Assembly (NCBI GenBank): GCA_013314775.1
Contig: JABUFB010000003.1
Coordinates: 106,622 to 170,621, forward strand
Reading direction: 5' to 3'
Source of the DNA: Armatimonadota bacterium
Lineage (GTDB): Bacteria > Armatimonadota > Zipacnadia > Zipacnadales > JABUFB01
DNA: 64,000 nt
The position numbers and the translations under genes were made by a program. Within the stretch, counting starts at the first letter, position 1. Every line of letters starts with the position of its first letter. This document shows positions 56,121 through 64,000 of the stretch, piece after piece. Below the pieces are notes generated by a model that was given only the letters and a program-made list of their open reading frames with translations, searched no databases and had not been told where the DNA came from.

Positions 56121-56861
56121 ATGGATCTTGACGGAAAAATCGCAGTCGTAACCGGAGCCGGCGGACTGATCGGCCGCGCAATTGCCCTGACGCTCGCGGG
56201 CGATGGAGCGGATATTGTGGTGAATGATCTGGTGGAGGAGACCGCGAAGGAAACCGCCGCGATGGTGGAAAACCTGGGGCGCAAAGCACTGGTCACCGTT
56301 GGCAGCGCTGCGAAGGTGGAAGACGTTGAGAGCATGGTGGAGCAGACGCTGGACCGGTTTGGCCGGCTTGACATCATGATCAACAATGCGGGGATTACCC
56401 GCGACGGCCTGCTGGTGCGCATGAAGGATGAGCAGTGGGACCTGGTGCTCGACGTCAACCTCAAGAGCGCATTCCTGTGTACCCGTGCGGTTGCCCGGCC
56501 GATGATGAAGCAAAAGAGCGGGCGCATCGTGAACATCGCGTCGGTCGTGGGTGTTATCGGGAACGCGGGGCAGGCCAACTACTCCGCTTCGAAGGGCGGC
56601 TTGATCGCCTTGACGAAGACCACCGCGAAGGAGCTTGCCAGCCGCAACATCCTGTGTAATGCGGTGGCGCCCGGCTTTATCGAGACCCCGATGACCCACC
56701 AGCTCAGTGAGGAGGCCCGCAGCGAATGGCTGAAGGGGATTCCGCTGGGCCGGCCGGGAACGGCCCAGGATGTGGCCGACGTGGTGGCCTTCCTGTGCGG
56801 CCCCAGGTCGTCCTACCTGACCGGGCAGGTAATCAGCATCTGCGGTGGAATGGTTATGTAG
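56121..56861 (+). CDS. fabG: 3-oxoacyl-ACP reductase FabG
   Basis: In frame with ORF 56094..56861; start set at ATG 56121 (RBS GGAGGT). VTGAGGLIGRA, NNAGI, YSASKGG. Confidence 0.9.
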   Translation: MDLDGKIAVVTGAGGLIGRAIALTLAGDGADIVVNDLVEETAKETAAMVENLGRKALVTVGSAAKVEDVESMVEQTLDRFGRLDIMINNAGITRDGLLVRMKDEQWDLVLDVNLKSAFLCTRAVARPMMKQKSGRIVNIASVVGVIGNAGQANYSASKGGLIALTKTTAKELASRNILCNAVAPGFIETPMTHQLSEEARSEWLKGIPLGRPGTAQDVADVVAFLCGPRSSYLTGQVISICGGMVM

Positions 56862-56961
56862 TTGTGCGCCGCCGGCCTGTACGCTGAGGATTCTTTTTGA
56901 CCTGCACCAAGGGAGCGCAGTGCTCCCAACTTATGCATACCCTTGAAGGGAGAACCGCAAA

Positions 56962-57204
56962 ATGGCACTGTTCGAGAAGGTCAAGGAAGTCATCGTGCGC
57001 GAGCTTTCCGTGCCCGAAAGCAAGGTCACCGAGAACGCCTCGTTTGATGGCGACCTGAGCGCCGACTCGCTGGACGTTGTTGAGCTCGTCATGGCTCTCG
57101 AGGACGAGTTCGACGTGGAGATTCCGGAAGAAGACGCCGAGAAGATTCAGACCGTGGGCGACGCCGTGCGCTATCTCGAGGCCAAACTTGGCGGCGAGGC
57201 ATAG
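56962..57204 (+). CDS. acpP: acyl carrier protein
   Basis: ORF track. 80 aa; phosphopantetheine site [20 protein letters not shown]. Confidence 0.95.
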   Translation: MALFEKVKEVIVRELSVPESKVTENASFDGDLSADSLDVVELVMALEDEFDVEIPEEDAEKIQTVGDAVRYLEAKLGGEA

Positions 57205-57332
57205 TATCGACAGGTATGCGGTCCATAGGGGGATTCGGGCCACGGTAAGCGAGCCGCTAGAGGCTGCCGGACGGCCGGGGTCCCCCTGCTTCGTTACGTG
57301 CGAACGGATCGGCGGCGAGAGGGGGCGGTCCT

Positions 57333-58145
57333 GTGAAGGGCCCCTGTCAGGTCTGTGGCTCGACCGACATCCGTGACTACGTGAAGCATGAGGAGGGTCA
57401 CTACCTGCGCTGCGCCGGCTGCGGGCTGGTCGTAAACGCAGATGCTGACGAGTTGGCGGCCCGGTCCGTCGAGCACTACGACGACGAGGCCTACTTCCAG
57501 AACTATCAGCTCCGCACGGCCAGGAAAACCCGCTCCGCGGCTCGTCGGATCAGGATCATCCGCAGGTACGTGCCGTCAGGGCGTCTGCTGGATATCGGCT
57601 GTGGTGTCGGAGAGACACTGATCGCCGCCCGCGATGCGGGCTTTGAGCCCGTGGGCCTCGACGTCGGCAAGTACCCGGTCGAGCACTGTCGGGGCCTGGG
57701 GTTCGAAGTTCACCGGGCTTCAATCACCCGGACCGGCCTGCCCGACGATAGCTTCGACGTAGTGACCATGTGGGATGTGATCGAGCATATCCCGCGCACC
57801 AGCGAGGGGCTGCGGGAAGTTCGGCGGATACTCAAGCCGGGCGGTCTTGCCGCCATCATCACTCCATCGTGCGAGTATCTGCGCGCCCACCTCTGGCGTC
57901 AGACGTATCGGGGTTACCGCGGGAACTGGGCAAAGACTCATCTTGTGTACCATCACTCCCGCACGCTGGACCGGGTCCTGCGGGAGTGTGGTCTTGTGCC
58001 GGTGCCAGGGGCTGCGCTCTATGCGACTACCCTTCCGGGCTTCCTTTTCGAAAGCGCGCGGTCGGCATTGCGGCTGACCAAGAATCTGTTTGTGTTGGCC
58101 CGAAAGGAAGCCGGGCCGGCGGGACGCGAAAACGTTGAGGAATAG
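57333..58145 (+). CDS. class I SAM-dependent methyltransferase with N-terminal CxxC...CxxC zinc ribbon
   Basis: ORF track (GTG start). CQVCGS...CAGCG; motif I LDIGCGVGE; LKPGG. Confidence 0.7.
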   Translation: MKGPCQVCGSTDIRDYVKHEEGHYLRCAGCGLVVNADADELAARSVEHYDDEAYFQNYQLRTARKTRSAARRIRIIRRYVPSGRLLDIGCGVGETLIAARDAGFEPVGLDVGKYPVEHCRGLGFEVHRASITRTGLPDDSFDVVTMWDVIEHIPRTSEGLREVRRILKPGGLAAIITPSCEYLRAHLWRQTYRGYRGNWAKTHLVYHHSRTLDRVLRECGLVPVPGAALYATTLPGFLFESARSALRLTKNLFVLARKEAGPAGRENVEE

Positions 58146-58155
58146 GAGAGTAAGC

Positions 58156-59397
58156 ATGTCCCACCGAGTCGTCGTGACAGGTATCGGTTGTGTGTCGTCG
58201 GTTGGGCATTCTCTGGAGGATGCCTGGTCCGCGGCCCTTGAGGGACGCACAGGCATCAAGACCATCTCCATCTTCGACACTACCGACTACGACGTGCACA
58301 TCGGCGCGGACATTCCAGACTGGGACCCCACCCAGTACATGGATGGCAAGGAAGCCAAGCGCTGCGACCGCTTCACGCAGTTCGCCATTGTGGCTGCCGA
58401 CCAGGCGATAGCCCAGGCCGGGCTCAAGATCACCCCCGAGAACCAGTATGACGTGGGCGTCATTTGCGGTTGCGGAATCGGCGGCATGTGGACCTGGGAG
58501 GAGCAGTACACGAAGCTCATCACCAAAGGTCCGGGCCGAGTATCGCCCTTCCTGGTCCCGGTGATGATCGTGGACATGGCTGCCGGGATGATCTCCATGC
58601 GCACGGGCGCCAAGGGCCCGAACTACGCGACTGTGAGCGCCTGCGCCAGTGCAACCCATGCCATTGGGAACGCATTCGAGACCATTAAGCACGGGACTGC
58701 GAGAGCCATCATCACCGGCGGCACTGAAGGCGCGATCTCTCCCACCGGACTCGGCGGATTCTGCGCTGCGAAGGCCCTGTCCACCCGCAATGACGAGCCT
58801 GCCACAGCGTGCCGTCCCTTCGACAAGACCCGGGACGGTTTCGTCATGGGCGAGGGCGCCTGCATCATCATTCTGGAGGAACTGGAGTTCGCCCGTGCAC
58901 GGGGAGCCAATATCCTCGCGGAGATCGTTGGCTACGGGATGACCGCGGACGCATACAATATGGTGGCCCCGGATCCATGCGGGGAAGCCGCCGCCAGGGC
59001 GATGCTGACCGCCATCGATGAGGCCGGACTGTCCGTCACCGACATCGACTACGTGAACGCCCACGCCCCGGGAACGCCGGGCGGAGATGATATGGAGGCC
59101 CGAGCCCTGCAGTTGCTGTATGAGGGCAAGAACTACTCCCCCATGGTCAGCTCGACCAAATCCGTCCATGGGCACATGCTGGGCGCGACGGGTGCGATGG
59201 AGCTGGCACTGTCCATCAAGATGATGCAAGAGGGCATTGTGCCCTTGACCCTCAACTGCCACGAGCCGGATGATGACATCTGGATTGATGTTGTCCGGGA
59301 GGAGCACCGCTCAGCCCGGATCGACACCCTCATGAGCAATTCCTTCGGCTTCGGTGGGCACAACGCGGTCGTCGTCGCGCGGCGTTACGAGGAATAG
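58156..59397 (+). CDS. fabF: beta-ketoacyl-ACP synthase II FabF
   Basis: In frame with ORF 58090..59397; start set at ATG 58156 (RBS AGGAGAG). Catalytic Cys in ATVSACAS; His motifs NAHAPGT and HGHMLGATG. Confidence 0.9.
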   Translation: MSHRVVVTGIGCVSSVGHSLEDAWSAALEGRTGIKTISIFDTTDYDVHIGADIPDWDPTQYMDGKEAKRCDRFTQFAIVAADQAIAQAGLKITPENQYDVGVICGCGIGGMWTWEEQYTKLITKGPGRVSPFLVPVMIVDMAAGMISMRTGAKGPNYATVSACASATHAIGNAFETIKHGTARAIITGGTEGAISPTGLGGFCAAKALSTRNDEPATACRPFDKTRDGFVMGEGACIIILEELEFARARGANILAEIVGYGMTADAYNMVAPDPCGEAAARAMLTAIDEAGLSVTDIDYVNAHAPGTPGGDDMEARALQLLYEGKNYSPMVSSTKSVHGHMLGATGAMELALSIKMMQEGIVPLTLNCHEPDDDIWIDVVREEHRSARIDTLMSNSFGFGGHNAVVVARRYEE

Positions 59398-59431
59398 CGC
59401 CGCGCACGGAGGCCCCTGCGAGGTCTACTTC

Positions 59432-60196
59432 TTGGCTTCAGACCGGCCGGACCAAGGGCAGCGGGCCGACCCGCTGCACGATGAAGCGCGCTGGCAGGCG
59501 GTGCGAGAGAAACTCGGCCTGCCCGAAACCGTTTCGCTGCAGACCCTCGCGGCCGCCTTCACGCACACCTCCTTCGCCCGCGAAGCAGGCTTGGGGCCCT
59601 GGGTGGCCAACCAGCGCCTGGAGTTCCTGGGTGACGCCGTTCTTGATCTGATCCTGGTCGAACACCTCTACCGCGCCTACCCCACTGCTCCCGAGGGCAA
59701 TCTCACGAAGATGAAAGCGTACGCGGTTCGCGCCAGCACGCTGGCCCGGGTCGCGCGTCAGCTGGGGCTGGGTGACTACATGCTCCTGGGCAAGGGTGAG
59801 GAGGATACCGGCGGCCGCGGCAAGACATCACTTCTGGAGGACTGCATGGAGGCCGTGGTGGGTGCGGTCTATCTGTCCACTGACCTTGAGACTACCCGCA
59901 GATTCGTGATGACCGTGTTCGAGCCTGTGCTCGAGGCGATGACCAGCAGCGAGCTGGTCTACGACCACAAGACAGAACTCCAGGAGCTTCTGCAAGAGCG
60001 GACGAAGCAGACGCCTTCTTACGTGACCGTGGACACCATCGGGCCGGCCCATGAACGGACCTTCGTGGTGGAGGTTCGCTTCCGTGGAATGACCATTGGA
60101 TCCGGTGAAGGGCCAAGCAAACAAGCCGCCCAGCAACAGGCGGCCCGGGAGGCTCTCGATAACCGCGACTGCTGGCTGCCCGAGCTTCCGACCTGA
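59432..60196 (+). CDS. rnc: ribonuclease III
   Basis: In frame with ORF 59354..60196; probable TTG start at 59432. Signature ERLEFLGDAVL; C-terminal dsRBD. Confidence 0.85.
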   Translation: MASDRPDQGQRADPLHDEARWQAVREKLGLPETVSLQTLAAAFTHTSFAREAGLGPWVANQRLEFLGDAVLDLILVEHLYRAYPTAPEGNLTKMKAYAVRASTLARVARQLGLGDYMLLGKGEEDTGGRGKTSLLEDCMEAVVGAVYLSTDLETTRRFVMTVFEPVLEAMTSSELVYDHKTELQELLQERTKQTPSYVTVDTIGPAHERTFVVEVRFRGMTIGSGEGPSKQAAQQQAAREALDNRDCWLPELPT

Positions 60197-60217
60197 CCCT
60201 TCAACAGCGAGCCCGCC

Positions 60218-61687
60218 TCAGTCAGGGCGAGCTCCCATCCGCGCGGTTGGCAGCATACCATCCAGGTCCACCAACACCAGCCTCACTGCGCCTGCCACCC
60301 TCCGCGCCAGATAGACACTCCCGCTTGGTCTCGCGCTCAGTGATACAGCGCCCAGGTCCGGCACGTCCACGGAGACCCCTTGCGTCGGGCCGTCAGCAGC
60401 CCACGCCACCAGGAGCCACTCCGGCCGCTCCCTGTGCTTCCGCGCAAGCACCCGCACCTGATTCGAGCCCGTGGGCAGCTCGTACGCCGGCAGGTCCTTT
60501 GACCACACGTGCCGGTTAGGTCCGGGCAGGAGTTCACTCTCCCGAACGAACTGCTCCAGGTGCGAGAACAGCGCCTGCACATGCCCCAGGCACATGAGTT
60601 GCCAGATCCAGTTGTCCACCGGATCATAAGCGAAGTACCCGGCCACACCACCAATCATCCCCGCCGTGTAGTAGCATTTCAGATAGCCCATGTACCGTTC
60701 CGCATCAGACATCGGCGGGTTGGGTCTGCCGGTGTCCGGCCAGCCCGGGTTCATCCAGTTGTACGAGAGCGGCTGGCCTGCGGCGATGTGCTGGGCGGTG
60801 GCGTTGAGGGCTTGGGTGAGAGCGTCATTGTCCCCCGACCAGCCGGAGTTGAAATGCTTCCAGTAGATCGAGCTGCTGGGCAGGTCCGACACGGGCTTCA
60901 TGAAAGCATAGTCCCACGTCCACTGCCACCAGTTCGCATAGCGGTCCCGGTGGGGGCAGCCCTCGGTGGGGTAGTAGACGTACGTGAGCCGGTCGGGGAC
61001 CAGTTCGCGGATGCGCTCGGTGATGATCATCTCCTGGTGGGCCTTGCGCTCGGAGATGTATTCGAACCAGTCGCGGTCTCCCCGCGCTGCGACGACCTTC
61101 GGGTCCTTCTCCCAGTACTTCAGGTGATGCCCGACGGTGCTCAGACCGTACTCGCCGCCGTTGGTGATGACCGCGACGGGCGCCAATGCCAGCACCTGCT
61201 TGAGCATGTTCGCCTCGTAGTCGGCGATCATGTCGAAGGTACTGTCCGGCGCCTCGGGGCTGAAAATGCGCTGGCCGTCAGGAAGCCGGCCGTTCTCGTC
61301 AGTGCACCAGGTCTCGGCCGGAAGTTGATCGGTGAAGTCGCGGATCGAGAACGCTGGGGCGATGGTGACATGCAGCGGGTAGCGCTCGGGGTTCTCGGCC
61401 GCAAGCGCGCAGACCTTCGCTTCGACGCTTGCAGGATCACTCAGGCGCGCCAGCATGTCAGGGCGAATGCGCCCGAACTGGAGAGCATATCCCCAGTTCT
61501 CGCACAGCTCCCGGCGGATCTCCAGGCTGAACTCGGGTCCCCAGGTGGTGAGAGGGATGAGGGTGTGGCCTTCGCGAAAGACGGGCTTCGGGCCAACGCG
61601 AAGTTGCTCGAGCGCGGTGGCGGTGAAGGCTGCTGGAAGCCACACGAGCAAGACGAGCAGGACAATGGCAGGACGGCGCATCTTCAT
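60218..61687 (-). CDS. secreted hypothetical protein
   Basis: In frame with ORF 60218..61702; start at ATG 61687 or 61681 (RBS AAGGAG); signal peptide MKMRRPAIVLLVLLVWLPAAFTA. Trp/Tyr-rich; no family recognised. Confidence 0.5.
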   Translation of the reverse strand: MKMRRPAIVLLVLLVWLPAAFTATALEQLRVGPKPVFREGHTLIPLTTWGPEFSLEIRRELCENWGYALQFGRIRPDMLARLSDPASVEAKVCALAAENPERYPLHVTIAPAFSIRDFTDQLPAETWCTDENGRLPDGQRIFSPEAPDSTFDMIADYEANMLKQVLALAPVAVITNGGEYGLSTVGHHLKYWEKDPKVVAARGDRDWFEYISERKAHQEMIITERIRELVPDRLTYVYYPTEGCPHRDRYANWWQWTWDYAFMKPVSDLPSSSIYWKHFNSGWSGDNDALTQALNATAQHIAAGQPLSYNWMNPGWPDTGRPNPPMSDAERYMGYLKCYYTAGMIGGVAGYFAYDPVDNWIWQLMCLGHVQALFSHLEQFVRESELLPGPNRHVWSKDLPAYELPTGSNQVRVLARKHRERPEWLLVAWAADGPTQGVSVDVPDLGAVSLSARPSGSVYLARRVAGAVRLVLVDLDGMLPTARMGARPD

Positions 61688-61725
61688 CACGCTCCTTGAC
61701 ATCGAGAGTTAGATTCGCGCACCGT

Positions 61726-62583
61726 TCACGCGTCCTGGAAGGCGCCAGGGACGGCCCAGGCGGCTCGCTCGGCCTGTGTGAACGCCGGGAAGGCGTAGTA
61801 GAACCAGACCAGTGCGAACAGAGCGGTCGCGGCAGCGGTCATGGCGAGAATTGCGTTCAGGTAAGCCTCTGGATCAGTCTCCTGAAGCCCTCGGAACAAG
61901 TCCTCGATGATGAGGGTGGGGACAAGTACCCCCACCAGCGCCATGAGCGGGGGCGCGATCCGGGCCCGTGTCGCCCTCTGGATGCGGCTGCGTCCACGGT
62001 TCATGGCACCGGACAGAGCCTTGCCCTCCACTGTTACCACCTCGCCGCCATGCATGCGCACCAGGGTCTGCAGCGCCTCCAGCACGGGAGCCTTCACGGC
62101 GCGCTCTGACCATACCGCGCACGTGATCCCGTCACGGTCCTCCCACTCCAGCCAGAACCGGCGGCCATGCACCAGAAGCCGGCGCAGTTGGGCCGGCGGG
62201 ATGGTGAACGCGTCCGAGACCCCGGCGAGACTCACTCCACCCGGCCCCACCGCAATCCAGCGCAGACCCCTCGGGCCGCTGCGCGCCAGGAACGAGTCGT
62301 CGCTGGTCCCTACATGCTCGCGCGCGATGCGGCGCAGGTCGTTGGTCATGCCGGAGAGCATCAGGAAGGGAAGCAGGAAGACGACGGCCACGATCACCAA
62401 CACCGCGGCCACGACACCACCAGGGATGTCCCCGCCCCACTGTCTCTGAAGCAGCCACGCGATGAGTAAGCGCAATGAGGCGACCCAGAGGAATGCCAGG
62501 GCAACCACAACGAGGGTGATCTTGCCGGCGCGGTCGAAATGAGTGGTCAGCTTCGCCCTCAGCGGGTCAAGGGTTGCGTTCAT
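61726..62583 (-). CDS. hypothetical membrane protein
   Basis: ORF track; several hydrophobic segments; no family recognised. Confidence 0.45.
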   Translation of the reverse strand: MNATLDPLRAKLTTHFDRAGKITLVVVALAFLWVASLRLLIAWLLQRQWGGDIPGGVVAAVLVIVAVVFLLPFLMLSGMTNDLRRIAREHVGTSDDSFLARSGPRGLRWIAVGPGGVSLAGVSDAFTIPPAQLRRLLVHGRRFWLEWEDRDGITCAVWSERAVKAPVLEALQTLVRMHGGEVVTVEGKALSGAMNRGRSRIQRATRARIAPPLMALVGVLVPTLIIEDLFRGLQETDPEAYLNAILAMTAAATALFALVWFYYAFPAFTQAERAAWAVPGAFQDA

Positions 62584-62607
62584 TGGTATCGCCCCCAGTG
62601 CCTGCGA

Positions 62608-64000
62608 TCACTCCCGCACGAGCTCATACCACACAGTCCGGCAGTCGGCCCCGAGGACCAGGGCGCCGTTGGCTGCCTCGACGCGGCGGCCCCTCGTTCC
62701 CGAACCATCCAGCGCGTAGGCAACCAGGCCGCCGTCTGCGAAACGCAGCGTCGCGGGGACTGGCTCGGCAACAGTCGGCCCTTTGCCCCAGTTGCGGCCC
62801 ACGGTGCGGCGCGCTTCGTCCCACACCATGCCCTGGTTCTCCACGCGGCTCATGAGCACCAGCAGCATGCGGCCGGACTCTGCAAGCGACTTGCCGTCCA
62901 TACTGGTCAGGCCCACCGCCGCCCAGCCGTTTGATGTGTCCCCCAGGGCGATCTCCACGCCCGGCCTGAGATTGAGCGTGGTCCCGGCCACTGAGCCTAT
63001 GATTGCGCAGGTCCGTTCCGTCTCGACCCGGAAGGGAATGTCTTCCCGGGGTTCCGACGCCCAGGTGATCTCGCCGGTATCCGACTGGATGCTTGCGGTG
63101 TCCTGTGGGAGGCTCACCTTTGGGGCCGAGACCTCGCCATCGGGGACGAACTCCACGGCAAGACGATGGCGGATGGATGCGATCCTTGGCACCCCTGCTG
63201 CGTCCCAAACGGAACCCGCGCTGTTGCCGTGCTTCGCAAGCAGCGTCACGATCTGATTTTCCGGCACCCGCAGCCGGATCTCCTCGCGGGCCGCACTGAC
63301 ATCCCCGCGCCTGAAGAGATTGGCAGCGATGGGGAACCAGGCGAGCTTCGCGGGGTCGGTGACCATCTGGAAATAGCCGTTGATCCTCGCATCTTCCCAC
63401 TGGGTCGGAGTCCTGCCGTAGTCGAACTCGAAGATGCCGTCCCAGTCCTGCAGGCCCGCGAAGGCCGCGAGCATTGGCATGCATTCGGCCCGGTAGTCGC
63501 CGGGCGCCGGGTGGTTGTACTCGCTCACCGTGAAAGGCAGGCCTGCCACACGGTGCCGGGCGAGAGCGGTCAGCGTATCCCTGCCCGCCGCCGCGGCCAT
63601 GGATGTATTGCCGATGCTCCAGTTGCCCGGGTCCCAGGGCCGCCCTGGAAAGCTGGGATGCTGCCAGTAGGAGTGCGTGTCCACGTAGTCCAGGCGAGAT
63701 TCGCGCCAGACGCCACCGATGCCGCCGTAGGATGCCTGGGTATCCACCACCAGCGCCTTCAGGCCCAGTTCGTCCTTGAGCATCCGGTGAAATGGCCGGG
63801 TGTAATCCTGCTCGAGCTTGACGAAGAACGCCAGCCAGTCTTCCCAGGCTCGGGCGGTGCTGCTGCGGCTGGAGAAGGCGACGTTGCCCGCTTCAAGCGA
63901 CTGGTCCTCGCCCAGGCCCCGGATTCCACCGGGACGCAGGCTGATATCCGCCAGCCAGACACTGCCCAGGCTGTTCTGGCAGTTGAAGCTGAAGCGGCTG
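62608..64000 (-). CDS. hypothetical protein, possibly a TIM-barrel glycoside hydrolase; N-terminus lies beyond the window end
   Basis: ORF track shows 62608..63783, but the same reverse frame stays open with protein-like sequence to position 64000, so the gene is probably 5'-truncated by the window edge. Confidence 0.45.
   Translation of the reverse strand, partial: SRFSFNCQNSLGSVWLADISLRPGGIRGLGEDQSLEAGNVAFSSRSSTARAWEDWLAFFVKLEQDYTRPFHRMLKDELGLKALVVDTQASYGGIGGVWRESRLDYVDTHSYWQHPSFPGRPWDPGNWSIGNTSMAAAAGRDTLTALARHRVAGLPFTVSEYNHPAPGDYRAECMPMLAAFAGLQDWDGIFEFDYGRTPTQWEDARINGYFQMVTDPAKLAWFPIAANLFRRGDVSAAREEIRLRVPENQIVTLLAKHGNSAGSVWDAAGVPRIASIRHRLAVEFVPDGEVSAPKVSLPQDTASIQSDTGEITWASEPREDIPFRVETERTCAIIGSVAGTTLNLRPGVEIALGDTSNGWAAVGLTSMDGKSLAESGRMLLVLMSRVENQGMVWDEARRTVGRNWGKGPTVAEPVPATLRFADGGLVAYALDGSGTRGRRVEAANGALVLGADCRTVWYELVRE

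Noticed and set aside
1-64000. tRNA, rRNA, transposase or integrase genes
   Set aside because: No T-loop-like GGTTCGA(A/G)TCC motif in intergenic regions, no rRNA-like stretches, and no ORF with recombinase or DDE-transposase features.

Overview
High-GC (~65%) bacterial chromosomal segment, read by eye from the sequence and the supplied ORF track; no database search or structure prediction was run, so all family names are motif-level assignments. I call about 51 protein-coding genes. Three themes: (1) housekeeping genes (purQ-purS, murJ, nadA plus a cysteine desulfurase, thi4 behind a TPP riboswitch, and a yceD-rpmF-plsX-fabH-[acyl-CoA dehydrogenase-etfB-etfA]-fabD-fabG-acpP-[methyltransferase]-fabF-rnc cluster); (2) a carbohydrate-degradation neighbourhood of very large secreted proteins (clan GH-A-like hydrolase, discoidin + heparinase II/III-like lyase, GH116-like, GH38 alpha-mannosidase, two right-handed beta-helix proteins, FG-GAP protein, FAD oxidoreductase); (3) non-coding repeat families (GC-rich hairpin arrays at three loci, and a promoter-proximal conserved element in three copies). 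No rRNA, tRNA, CRISPR array, transposase or integrase was recognised. The strongest candidate for an undescribed system is the acyl-CoA dehydrogenase + EtfB + ferredoxin-domain EtfA module inserted between fabH and fabD, which may be an Etf-coupled enoyl-thioester reductase for fatty-acid synthesis. Taxonomic origin cannot be determined from sequence alone.
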